A stretch of 63,772 nucleotides of DNA, filler included, from Platydemus manokwari (Eukaryota): the NCBI GenBank assembly GCA_037951405.1. It is 6 parts of 6 records of this genome, joined end to end, with 100 filler letters (N's around TTAATTAATTAA, not from the genome) between each part and the next. Parts side by side here need not be neighbours in the genome. Positions count along the whole stretch, not along the records: positions 42,201 to 53,346 come from JBBMOY010796647.1; positions 53,447 to 63,772 come from JBBMOY011145438.1; 4 more parts are not named here. The stretch is one strand, 5' to 3'. The notes below the pieces were generated by a model. The model searched no databases. It saw only the letters and a list, made by a program, of their open reading frames with translations, and had not been told where the DNA came from. The position numbers and the translations under genes were made by a program. Below, in pieces: positions 42,277 to 55,092 of this stretch. Position 1 is the stretch's first letter. The number at the start of each line of letters is the position of its first letter.

Positions 42277-42670
42277 CTGGGTCTGAAGTGGTGTGCAATT
42301 AAACATGGGTTTGTTTCTATACACTCATTGAAAGCGTATTGTTTTTTCTAGAAGATATTTTCCTGTAACTTCTATGATGACTGCTGTGGCTGTGCGTGGA
42401 CCCTTTGTCCAGAACTTGAGGTCATTTTGGAGTTGAGTTTGGTTGACGAAGTTTGGTTCTCCTCTAGCACGATGAAGCCACATTAATTGGTGATAGCTCT
42501 TCCTCATTTGCAAACGTTAAGGAGATTGGTGGAGGACAGGGTTTTGTAATTATGTAGAGGAATTGACTGCTTCTGAATTGATGGTTTCCGGATTAATGGC
42601 TTCAGAAATATAATAAAACGTTAGCAGGCAACTAATAATGTTGAAACAACAATTTAATCATGCCTTAGAT

Positions 42671-43132
42671 CAGTGATTCCCAGACGGTCGGTGGTAAATA
42701 CAAGCTCATTTGGGGGCGATAATACTATAAGAATGTAAGGAAATGATTATTGAAAATTTTGATTTATCTCGTTTGCACAAAATTTGGCTTTAAACAACGT
42801 ACTGTACGTTCTCACTAATTCTTATTGAAGTATGTGTAATCACGCACTCAATGGTACTGCTTGTGCGCTTTGTCGCTTGAAACACCGAAGCCTGGTAGTA
42901 GAGTGGTAGTATTTCTGTGATTCCCCGTAATGATTAACTTAAATAAAACTAAAAGAAATGTTAGTTTGTTGTGACATCTTTTTAAAATATTTAATGAAAA
43001 AGATATTAACATTAAGATTTTTTTTATAAATTGCTACTAAAATTAAAAAAAATTGGTGTGGGTTAGTTAGGGAGTCTAAGTAATATTTATTCTGAAAAGG
43101 GGGCGGTACACCGAAAAGTTTGGGGATCACTG
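42671..43132. mobile_element. hAT/Buster MITE, copy 2
   Basis: TIR CAGTGATTCCCA / TGGGGATCACTG and TSD CCTTAGAT; internal sequence collinear with 35602-36086. Confidence 0.95.
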
Positions 43133-43400
43133 CCTTAGATGAACGGTTTGGTATGATTAATAAAGCTTTCTCGCAATTTCGTCACCCCGTTATACTCCCA
43201 ACTAATCTCCTATCTGAGATTGATGAAAGGACAATAGAAATGTGAACCATGAAAAATCTTACCATGTGGAATGAAATCCAATTATGTGTGTAATTCCAAA
43301 TAATTTATGATGAGGATCTTCCTCAGTTTATACACTATCTCTCTCGAAGTATTGACTAAGCGCAATGACGCATAGTCACGTTTTCTCGATGATTTCCTAC

Positions 43401-43453
43401 GTTGCCATGGTTTCATTGATTTCTATGGTCTTTCTGCTAGTTTTCTAGGTAAC
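43401..43453. promoter_or_regulatory. Two RFX X-box-like sites
   Basis: GTTGCCATGGTTTC (43401) and GTTTTCTAGGTAAC (43440), followed by a GTAAG donor at 43466. Confidence 0.45.
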
Positions 43454-44439
43454 GTGAAATTTTATGTAAGTTAGTCATTACTGAATAATTATTTGGCAAT
43501 TTAAAATTTTAAATTTTTGTTTTTTATGAGTAATCGTTATTATATATTTGTTATGATATATTTTATTATTTTTGTTATGTAATTTTTTATTGTTATTATA
43601 CTATTATGTTTATGTACACCTGTATTATTATTTATTTCGATGGATATCTATGTATCTAACATATACATAGAGAGCCTACAAGTTATATAGAACAAAATAA
43701 AACAATAAAATAAGAACTTATTGAGGACAAAACTACTAATATTTATTCGATATTATTATATATCTATGAAGTGTGTAAAGAACCGATTTGAGCAAAGAAG
43801 TTAATTTGTCCAAGTTAATGTAGTTATAATTATCTATTTGAATTAGTATAAGAAGGCATAAATTATCATATTAATTTATATTCCAGCTGAAAACTGGTAG
43901 CTACAATGTATCTCAACATATTTTGTATGCTATATTTTAAAAGGTAAAATATTGCGTAAAAATGTCCTCTTGTACTGTAAGAGATAACGATTTCAGTATT
44001 TTTAAACAACAGTTTGATGAGTTAAAGTCGGGTCTTTTTGTAGAGCAAAGTATTTTTTGAAAAACCTTATTTTTGACTACTGGCATACTTCATTTTTCAT
44101 CATTAATGTAAAATAAAGTGTTTCAAAACATTTGGTTGATTAGAATGATAAATTGATTTCTTAATATTTTAAAAATATTTAATATAAAAAACATTTTCGT
44201 AATAAAAATAAATTAAGTATAAACTGAGTTTAGTAATACTTAATATATTCATTCGTTTACACAAAAGCAAATAAGTAATATAAAAATCTTTGTTAAAATT
44301 ATAATTGTTTGAATACAAATTTGATGATAATTTTGAATTAGTAAATAATTGTACAAATAGAGAAATATACAATACAATTAGATTTTATTTTAATTTTTTA
44401 TATATTCTTAATAATTTGAATATTTAGAGTTATTTCAAA

Positions 44440-45853
44440 ATGTCAAATTATTTGAAGATGTGGGAAATAATGAAAAAATACGATTTTGATGATAATTCCG
44501 AATGGTCGATAGATTTAAAATGTATTATTTGTTGCAAACTCGTAATTGATGCTCGTCAGGGTACTTGTGGTTGTCTTTATTGTGGGAAATGTATTGAAAA
44601 CTACATGGACAATGGTTCGAAAAATTGTCCCGGTGAAATCAACATTGAAAACCATCCAACATTGGAATCATTTCATAATGTTATAATTGACAATAATGCT
44701 AATAGACGAGTTTCAAAATTGAAATACAAATGCCCACAAAATTTTTGCAACCACAACTGTGAATTGATGGAAATGTTCGACCATTTAAGGGTTTGTAATA
44801 AACGAGAAACCAATTGTCCATATCATGAGATTGGATGTCGAGTTGTGGCCATACAGAATGATGAATTGTCAAATCATTTCCAGACAGATGTATATCAGCA
44901 CAGTCTTATGTTAAACGAATGGATAATGAATATTAAAAACGAAATGTCTTCATTGTTGACTAATGAATCGAAAATGTTGATCCAAGAACAAATCGAAGCG
45001 ATCAATACTAATATTTCCAAAATATTGATTGATAATGACGAAGAAAATAAAAGAAAACAAGTAAAAATTGTTGCGATTTTGTGACAAATTAATGTTTTGT
45101 CGACACTTATAGGTTAAAATTGATGAATTGAAAAGGGATGTCACGAAAATCAAGAATAAAAACAAAGAATACGATCGAATGATTCGCAAAATGCAAACGG
45201 AAATCTCCAACAACAATAACGAAATCAATCGTTGGAAAGAGCGTTGTGAAGAGATTAGTTCCTTGATAGACGGCATGAAGCCAATCAATGAATTCCATGG
45301 CATAAAAGGGAAGAAAATCAATGCTTGCCACAATTATTTATCGTCGAATCTCAATGATGAAGTTTGGTCCGTTGAGAATGAGGAAAATATCGCCTGTCAA
45401 ATCAACGAACGCCCATGTTTGCCGTCGATTCCAATCGATTGTTTGTTGTGGGAAATATCGGATTTGAAGAATTTACGGAAGAACCGACGTCGAATTTGGA
45501 GCGATGATTTCCATTCACTTGATTTTGTTTATAAGATGAGATTATTGTTTGATACATTTAGCAGTTTTGACGGATCACAGATGAGTATTCGCTTGTTCAT
45601 GTACGATGGTGATGGGGCGGTTGATAAGGACACTAATTGGCCATTCAAAGGATTGGCAACGGTTACCATTAGCAACCGCGATGATCCACAATCATTCCAA
45701 ACACTATCTCGTTGTTTAGAAGTCAGTAAGCCATCCAATGTTGTGAATGAGGGCCAATTTTTTTATTTCAATTATGTTGATCTCACAAAAGCTGGTGTTT
45801 TGAAATCGAAAACGATTATTATCGATTGGAAAATATCGACCAATCATTGTTGA
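44440..45853 (+). CDS. TRAF-like protein (RING, TRAF zinc finger, coiled coil, MATH), 453 aa; exons 44440-45060 and 45113-45853
   Basis: CIIC..CGCLYCGKC..CPG RING; CP..FC..HLRVC..CPYHEIGC; MATH with YKMRL and WPFKG. The 52-nt phase-0 GT-AG intron joins the two ORFs. Confidence 0.92.
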
Positions 45854-47942
45854 GGGATTCGGTTTTGTTTTAGAATGAATGTAAATTGGTGATTTTTGAT
45901 GATCGATTTATTGCATTGGTTGAAAGGTTGAGATTTGTTTATTTATTTATCGATTATTCCATAATAAGTGTGTTGCTTATATTTTGTATTATTGATTATC
46001 TATAATATTCGGATAATGTTACTATTTTTAATGTGATCGATGAAACATTTTTTTCCAGAATTTTTGAATGAAAATGTAATGAAATTCGATTTTTATTTTT
46101 TGTTAATTTTTTAAATGTAAAATTTAATTGTGATTTTTATTCGATTTATCATCAGATATTACCAAAATATTTGACAAATAATAAATTTATTTTAACCTTT
46201 TACTAATATATTGTTGTGATTTGATGTGTAAGCACAGAAATATTCGTTGTCGTTGATTATATTATCGTTGCGATATATGATACGATTGTGGTTGATGATT
46301 AAATGTGTCACAATTCCAATAGATGTATTTGCAAGAAGTCAGTATCTTTGTCATTTCTACTCATTATTGGATATGAAGTGCTTTATAATTTGCTTGTTTG
46401 CTAATTGGAGATTTGCCACTTCATTTAGATAACTATTGTATAACTTGTTCGAAGTTGATTTGCAGTTATTATTTTCATACACTTAAATTTATATATTTTT
46501 AAAAAGCTTGTTCAAGTAAAATATCTAAATAATTAATGATAACTTCCATCTTAAAGTCGCATAATAAAATTATATTGACCAACTAAATATAATTTTGGAA
46601 TCATTAAAAAATATTCTAATTATTATTACTGAATATGAGATGCAAATTAAATATGTTAAAATAAAAAATTCTATAATGCTATGGGTACAAGTGTGAAATG
46701 AGGAGAATTTACCTGACAATCCAAAATGAACAGAAAAGAGCTATAAATGGGATTAGTTGAAGTATCATATTGGTTGTTATTTTGATTTTGTTTGAATGTA
46801 TTGATGTTTATTCTTTTGTTGATAAATGGTAAACACTGTTTTATCATTTGTTGAGTTATCCAATACGATATTTTTATACATTGAGGTTCAATTAGACAAA
46901 TCATCACATCGCATTATTTATCAATTTTACCCGTGTTCACTCCAGTAACCTCAGTGTTTAAATATAAATCTTCACTGCTAAAGACCATCGATACTCTTTC
47001 TTTGATCATTTATTCATTATAATAATTATAAATTATTATCAAGTAGTTTCTGTGTTAAAAGTCTCACATTTGTATTTGAAACTTACATTTAATTCCGATA
47101 ATTCATTGGTATTCATTAAATATATTTCGACATTCTATTTTACTTTCTGCCACTATTTCTTATCGTTGGACACACATTGAAATTGAATTTTTATGAACAG
47201 GCCCACTATCACATAGGTTTATTTTGCTGCACACACTTAATTTCATTTTTAAAATTTTGAATTCATTTTTTCTATCGCAATTTAATATTGAAGACGATGC
47301 AATCAGTGTTAAGGTGGTAAAAATCAAATCATCAAATGTGACATTGTAACTGATATTATTATAGAAATTCCTTGAATATTTATGAAAATAATTAATACAA
47401 TATAATTTTAATACAAGAAGTAAATTAATAATTTGTTTATAGATACACATTTATTGTACCATGTTCAATAATCTGTTCCGGTCATGCTCGACATTAATCT
47501 TTACTCTTTATAGTAATAATAATGTGATAAAATTAATGATATAATAGATGGTCTTCTTTATTAATATGATAATTAATAATCTAGGGAAAATTTTCATTAC
47601 AGAAATTAAAGATTTGCTTGCTAACATATAATAACAAGCGTGGAAACATAAATCAACGTTAAATTGATTTTTAAGAAAAAATATTTTCGAAATTTAAATA
47701 GTCCGTAGAGATTTGAATTCTCATAAACTGAAATGGTTTCTAAAATTCTCCTGATAATAATCAATTAAATATCTAATAAATATATATCACTGATTTGTTA
47801 ATTGTGTGTTGTGAAATTGTTGCTGGTAATAGATCTAAATTCAGGTTTGGACAAAAACCTTATGCTAAAAATCAATGCCAAAAACATGATAATTATTCAT
47901 AGTGTTCCATCCCATCAAGCGCTAGAGGAATTCTTGATATAA

Positions 47943-48355
47943 ATTGAAGTATACAGAAAAATGTAAACACTTAAATGAAAGCTAATCACTAAAGGAAATA
48001 TGAAATTTACCACTTTAGGATCTGTTTTATGATTTGATTATGTGTACTGTCCTGGAAATAATTTATCAGCAAATAAAATAAATATCTCTGAGCTTACATT
48101 AATAACTGTTGAATGTTTAATAGTTGATGGAAGTTATGTATCTGGAGAAAGAACAAATATTACTTATAATTTTCCAGCTAATAGTGTTCCTCCTGTCTAT
48201 ATATGTATATTGAAGAAGTAAATCAAGTCATCTATTTCCCGATATTTAATAAATGTATTACTGAGATTTCTTTTAAAATAACTAATCGAAATGGAAATTT
48301 AATAGACTTTAATGATGAAGAAATCTAATTACACCTTCATCTTAAACAAGTTTGA
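47943..48355 (+). pseudogene. Maverick/Polinton (adintovirus-like) minor capsid/penton pseudogene, C-terminal half
   Basis: TLGSVL*FD..INISELTLITVECLIVDGSYVSGERTNITYNFPANSVPP[frameshift]IEEVNQVIYFPIFNKCITEISFKITNRNGNLIDFNDEEI*LHLHLKQV. Confidence 0.8.
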
Positions 48356-48449
48356 ACGAAGTTCTTTCAATTTTTCATTTAAAAATGTATATGATAAATT
48401 TTCTAAGAATATATGAAACTAATAAAACTACTAATTTTTATTTAAATGA

Positions 48450-48690
48450 TTTAAATTTAGATACTAAAATTATCATTTAGAAACTACAAAAATATAGAGA
48501 TTCTCAGTCGTTATAAATAAGCAAATTTCATAATATATAATTTGATCCTTATGGAATTTTACCAACTAAAGAACTTTATGAATTCATTGGTAAATATTTT
48601 ATATAACAATATTGAAATATAAAATTAGGGAGAATTATGTGGGAATTATCTTTGTATGTTTTATATTGTTCAAATAATGTATTAGAATTT
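48450..48690 (+). pseudogene. Maverick/Polinton adenain (C5-like cysteine protease) remnant
   Basis: FDPYGILPTKELYEF at 48541, then a frameshifted YNNIEI*N*GELCGNY with the Cys at 48638. Confidence 0.65.
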
Positions 48691-50978
48691 TATTATATTA
48701 TTGACCATTTGAAAAATGAGGCTGGTAACCGGAAGTGATTCATAAATTTGATAATAGTTTAGTAAATAATATGAAAGATATTCAAGAAATAATAATATTA
48801 TTGAGTACGAATTTATGATAGAAAATATATTAATTGGGATGGTCATTATATGAAAGGAAATTTGGGATTAAATGACAAACAAAATAACAAACATAGTAGA
48901 TCCTAAAAATGAATTTGATGCAGTTAATAAAAAATATCTTGAAAGGTGTTTCGGAGGGGTTGAAAAGTATTTCAAAAATGAAATTGGTAAAACTGATAAA
49001 AAGCTTAGAATTTATCTTTCTTAAAATAGCAAAAGGCCTGAATAAATTAGAAATAGCAAAATGTCAATTGATAATATTTTTTAAAAAATATTGATAAACT
49101 TCATTCATTATATAAATCAATAATTACCATGATGGATTATAAAAAAAAGAAATCAATGCAATCTCAGAAAAAGTTGAACATTTGAAATTCATAGAATAAA
49201 AAACAGGAACTTCAATTTATAAGACAAGCAGATAAAAATTAGACAATAAGTTAAATAATTTTTTTAACTTTTATTTTTGTTATAAAGATAAAAAAGAAAT
49301 CAGAAAATTAATATAAACTTTTTACATAATTTAGTACAATAATTAAGAATTATAAAAGTGATGAAAATAGTTACAAAAAATTTTTATTAAATTTATTAAA
49401 GAAAAAGGGTTCAATAGAACTTCTTTTGCAATGGAACTATAATTTTTAATGGTGATCCACTTAAAAATCAAAAAAATGTTGAAATAAATTATAAGAATCT
49501 ATAAATTGGTTTTGTTTTTGAGAATATTAAAAATAATAAAATAAGTAATATCGGAATAAAAGGTTATTATTCATACATGAAAATTAGTAACCATATACAC
49601 CAAAAATTTTATATAGGGAAACAGTTGTAAACCGAAAATTTGCACTTAATAGGAAAATGCAAAAAGTACAATAAAAAAAACCAAATATACATGATTTGAG
49701 ACATATTTCAGATTTAAGGATTATATATGGGAGATTGAATTATCATAATATGACATTAAAATATAATAATCATTCTAAAAACCATGTAGTCCAGAATCAC
49801 GAAATAAATGATCACAATTGATGATGAACACCTTAATAAAATCAGCAGGACTGGCTCCTAATAAGCTCAGTGAAAGCGGAATATGATGAAAGAAGTCGAA
49901 GAACAAAAGACATGCGTGAGAAAAAAAAGAGAGAGAGAATAACAAGAAAAGAATATAACATCGATATTTGATGCCGATGACTAAGTTCAAAATTAAAACA
50001 AAAAAATCCCAAGCAAACAATCCAAATGAAAATGGTGTAACAATCATATGATATCGACTGGAATCTTGATTTTTTATTAGCCGTTCGACTTCTTGAAAAT
50101 TTTGAATTTTTAATAGTAAAATCGAATTTGATTAAAATTTTGACCTCTGATATTCGATATCACTTGTTATGACGATGATGTATTTATTTTTAATTCGATT
50201 ATGATTTTTGTTGTAACACAACACTTGTATTATCATCAATTAATCAAAGATAAAAACAAATAATAACAAATCATATGAAAATCAAAGTTTAGTATTTTAA
50301 AATAATATTAGAAAAATAAATAAAAATAGAATAAAATGCGTAGATAAGTTTAACAAATTTGATAAATAAATCTTTAAAATTAGCGGATATTATATAACGA
50401 CAATACATCGGTGAATTCAATAAAATCGCCATTGAATTAGAGAAAGAAAATTAGCTAGGATTAATAATTAGAACCTGAAAGTAAAGATTATTATTTGAGA
50501 AGTCACATGTCTGAATATAAAGATTATTGTTTGAGGAAACAATGAGAGAAATGAAAGTTAGCGAATTAAAATTAAAATAAATAACAAGCCAGCAGGTTCT
50601 GATCTTCTGGACCTATAACAAATAATATTTTAAATTCTATATAATGAACTTTTCGGAAATAAAACATTATACTTGCCACTCTGGGCAAGTTAATATCAGC
50701 AAATCTTTTGTAAAAATAAATGTTAAAACATTGTAAACATTTGTCATTTTGTAATTAATTTTAATATTTGTAATGGCGCTTCAAAATAAAACTTTGTATT
50801 TAATTTTAAAGGGAAGAACAAAAGGCTTTTATATATAAGAACTCAATTTTATTTATTTAAAATCCAGTCGAGTTCTGCGTGGTACTTTAGCCACAATATA
50901 GTAATCCTAGGTTTTGGATTATTTGATGAATTTGTCTTTAAATTAGTATATTAACGTGGTAGGTATTTTCTAGATTTC

Positions 50979-51036
50979 TTTTAATTCTGCCTCTGGTCCG
51001 AGGCACTGATGAGGCCCATGGAAGGCCGAAATAAAA
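50979..51036 (+). ncRNA. Type III hammerhead ribozyme motif
   Basis: UUC / stem I UGCCUC-(UGGUCC)-GAGGCA / CUGAUGA / stem II GGCC-(CAUGGAA)-GGCC / GAAA. Stem III is imperfect. Confidence 0.8.
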
Positions 51037-51117
51037 CACTATATGTACCATAAAACTACCATCATGATCGTCATCATCACTGCAGCCATCGTTCTTGAAG
51101 GCTCCGAGAGATCAACA

Positions 51118-51166
51118 AGTCCTGCATATCGCTGTACCGAAATACTAATGAGGCCGAAATAGGACT
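51118..51166 (+). ncRNA. Second, degenerate or minimal type III hammerhead motif
   Basis: Stem III AGUCCUG/UAGGACU; stem I UAUcgC-(UGUACC)-GaaAUA; core CUaAUGA-GGCC-GAAA. Confidence 0.6.
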
Positions 51167-51939
51167 AATTTTCAGCAAAAGGTAAATTATTCATTTACTT
51201 ATTTATATTTTGACCACTAATAGTTTGCTAATTGAACCGATAGGGATTAAACATCAATGCAGTCGATTGGTAAACCGATCGTGCAGTGTTTTTAATTAAC
51301 ACTCCAAGTTAAATTAAAGTAAAAACCTGAGAAGGAAAAACAAAGATTAAATAAGTATTCTTATCAAGGCGAGGTGTTATTTTAATATTAAATAGCATTT
51401 ATTCTTGACAGAGACATTAATCTAATAAAATCTTGTAACTTTTCTATAATCTAAATGGCTTCAGAATCGTTATACATGAAAATGTTTTATGATATTTAGA
51501 AGAATTCTCTAGAGAATTTTGTGATTTTAATAACTAGCTATAAAATTTCGTTACCACGCATAAATTCTACAATAACAAATAACTCTATTTATTTCCCTCT
51601 TAAAGCGACAGAGTGGATTCTATCCCTTACAGTCCCAAACCCTTGAACCTATTGATATTGATTAATCAACACCAATGATTTTTTCCCTACATTCGAAATT
51701 ACAAAATATCGCCAGTTAATGAGCTGCTTTTATTTCAGAAATAAATATTTATCAAACTATCGTTTTTCATTTGTATCTTCCAACAAATAAAATTAATGCA
51801 TAAAATCCGGTTGCATTTGATTGGGAATTCGATAAAATCTATTCTTCACTTGTTTATTTGCATTCCATACTATCGCAATGATAGTGACAATTATATTTCT
51901 ACTCTCTCTATCTATCAGATATTTTCCGATTTTTTTCCC

Positions 51940-52426
51940 ATGTTTATAATTGGTTTTTCGTTGGTTTTGTTCATTTGTCTGCTATCATCGTCGCTTGAAT
52001 ATACCGGTGTAGATATTGACACAGATCACCAACGCAATGGGTTTCTCACCGTCAAAGTGAGTTTTCATTTGAAAAATTATGTTAAAATTTAATGATATAA
52101 ATATTATAACATATATTTATGAAAGTAATTTCATTAATTTGTGAATAAAATGTGTATTGATGTGGAATATTTCAACATTAAACTGAATCTTTGACAGGGG
52201 AAATATTTATCTTCCGCTCGGCACAGAACTGTGTTAACAATGTTTATTGATGAATTGATGACTTGTATTGGTTGTGTTGATATAATTGATAAATGGGAAA
52301 TATTGGAAGAGTTATATCATAGCGATTATTGGTAATTTTCTCAGATTTTTTGAAAGGGTTTAAATTTCTTTCTGCAGGATTGAAATCAGACATTTTGTCT
52401 CATCAAATTTAATAGAATCAATGTAA
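51940..52426 (+). CDS. Orphan 99-aa protein with a predicted signal peptide; exons 51940-52056, 52198-52331, 52378-52426
   Basis: Canonical phase-compatible GT-AG introns; hydrophobic N-terminus MFIIGFSLVLFICLLSSS. Confidence 0.65.
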
Positions 52427-53346
52427 ATTTTGCATTTCCAGTTTGGAATTATTTTTATCTCGTGCTGAATTAATTTATGGTTTCCATAGTAATGAGATAA
52501 ATATTTTAAAAAAGTTTATATAATCTGACTTTTTTATATTAATTTACATTAATTTATAAGTATAAAATATTTATATTTATTATTTTATTTATTTATTTAT
52601 AACATTTATTTTATGATAATATATAATTATCATATATAATTACAATGTTAAAATGTTATTTATTTATCACTATATTATCTGAAATATTCTATAAGGATAA
52701 AAATTGTCTGTAAAAGTGAGAATTAAAATTTAATACATCCTAACAGAGACAATACAATGACACTGTGTTGTTTACAACTTGTTTACCACTGTAGCATTTT
52801 CCTGGGTTTTTTTTTCTAAAACATTACTAAGAGGAACCATGAAAGAAGTCATGGATAATTGAAAAAAATAAATTAATCATGCTTGATTACTTGTCGATAT
52901 CGCTGATAGGTTCAATTCAGTACAATGCAATATTTTTCAATAGGGTTTCCCCACTCATGGGAATTGATTGAAGGCTTATTTCCCATTAATCGCGATTATC
53001 ACACAATAACTATTTTATTGTTTTTATTACATTCTCTCCATGTTTCGACTTCCTCATCATTATCTCAATGGACCAGTGTGTTTCAGTTTTATATTTCGGT
53101 GTTGGTGACCTGACATTTTAAAAGGTGGTTAAGGATAATTAATTGATATTTTTCCCAATACATTCAAGTCATTAATTCGATTTTCTTTTTTAGAATCTCA
53201 AGAGGAATTCCTTTCTTTATAACAAAGCACTCATCAGCGAATTAAGAAAACTGAGACATATCTACAAACAAATCAAGAAAGTTGGTTAAAATGTGAAATA
53301 TAAACGTGATTTGTTAATGTAATAAATAACGAACCATGGTTATTTA

Positions 53347-53446
53347 NNNNNNNNNNNNNNNNNNNNNNNNNNNNNNNNNNNNNNNNNNNNTTAATTAATT
53401 AANNNNNNNNNNNNNNNNNNNNNNNNNNNNNNNNNNNNNNNNNNNN
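53347..53446. other. Artificial contig spacer
   Basis: N44-TTAATTAATTAA-N44. Confidence 0.99.
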
Positions 53447-54419
53447 CTTGAAATTGATTGTATTCTGTTGTTTATTTTGTTATGATTTATTGAATCACAA
53501 CGACACAGATAATAAGCATTTGTGGTTAATTAAAATTTTTTAAGAATTAGATTTTAAGTTCTTAATTCTTCTTTAATGAACGAAAATTTGGAATTTGACG
53601 TTGGCTGTGTAACATCTTCTGTTGTCAATATTTGAAATATATTTTAAAAAGAACTAATCAGGTTTACAATCATCTCATTTGTCAATCAATATTTGATCAT
53701 AGATATTCCTTTTATTATTTTATTAAATTCATTTAGGATATTTATAAAATAAATTTTTATTTCATTTTCTTTATTTTATGGCAATAAATAAAATTCTCGA
53801 ATAGATAATACATATCACTTTACAAATACAAAAATAATAAGCTCAAGTATTTTTATAAATTACCATTTATTGTTATTAATATGCGATAAATTGAGAACCA
53901 AACATATTCTAAAATGTTATTCAGTGATCACATCAATAAAACAGATGCAATAGTTAAGTTTTCAATATTTTATTATCGATTTCAGTTTCTTTCTTATTAA
54001 ATACGTTAAATCTTCATTATGTAGTCTACTTTTAAAAATAATCACGAAAACTGTTTTCTCTTTCTCATTGGACAAGCTAATTTAAATTTATTAATAGAAA
54101 TATTAGTAATGCTACTCATTACAGTAATCAATTTATATGTTACCTAGATTTAAAAATAAATATAAAATATCAATGATATTTTATGAGTTTTACGTTTTTA
54201 GTAAAAAATAAACATAAATCGATAATAAGACAATGGATTTTAAAGCTACATTTTTTTACTAATGTGATTAATTAATACGATTTTAGAATATGTTGGATTT
54301 TTTAAGGATAATACGCCAAATAATGTTTAAATGATCGAATTTATTTATAAACATATTCTATCCTCTTTGTTTGGATATTTTCCTTCCATTTTCTGTTGAC
54401 CTTCTCCAATACATTTTCA

Positions 54420-54790
54420 ATTCAAATTTTACAAAACAGAAGCACTTTATTTATTGCGGCTTATAATCTGAGCTTAACTAGATAATATATTGCTGAGATA
54501 TTGTTTAATTTCAACGTGGAGTTTAACAAACATGATTACTCAAGTGGCTGAACTCTGACCTGGAAAGAAACATTTGTATATTTGGATGATATATGCTGTT
54601 TGTTAAAAACGTAAAGAAACACAATGAATAATTAGAACGAGTGTTTTAAACATGAAATATAGATTATCCCATTATCATTTTATGACAAGTGAAATAAAAT
54701 TCCTTAGGCACATTATTTGGGAAGATAGAATTTCAACAAACAAACAAAAAATAAAATCAATGAAAGTACTTCAAAAAACTAAATGTGTAA
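54420..54790 (+). mobile_element. Ty3/Gypsy reverse transcriptase remnant
   Basis: FVYLDDI (YLDD at 54579-54590) and SEIKFLRHII; frameshifted. Confidence 0.75.
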
Positions 54791-55092
54791 TTTATTATTA
54801 TATATATTAGTAGCGGATATTTTGCTTGCAATTAGTGTTTCGACAAAATTACTACGATTTTTAAATTTAATTGAGACTGATTGTAAAATAAATAACATAA
54901 AAACCAATACCATAAATAAGGCAATAACAGAAGCAGAATTAAAATAATCAAATCGATTTCTAAGCTGTTGTTCTTGTCATCATACAAGTTAACCAGGTCG
55001 AGGTAGACAGAGAGTACCGATAAAGGCATAGATATTGATTTAATAAAATAATCATAATAAAATAAATAACTTATAATACTAATAAATAAATA

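Noticed and set aside
46671-47450. Cys-containing exon-like segments on the minus strand
   Set aside because: Multiple in-frame stops and no family I can support; at most a pseudogene.
49775-50047. 90-aa hydrophobic ORF
   Set aside because: The hydrophobicity comes largely from a pyrimidine tract; no recognisable domain.
14103-53446. Recurring TTAATTAATTAA palindromes within N runs
   Set aside because: Identical 100-nt artificial joins. ORFs 32206-32631 and 41873-42148 end in them artefactually, and cross-contig gene neighbourhoods are not real.
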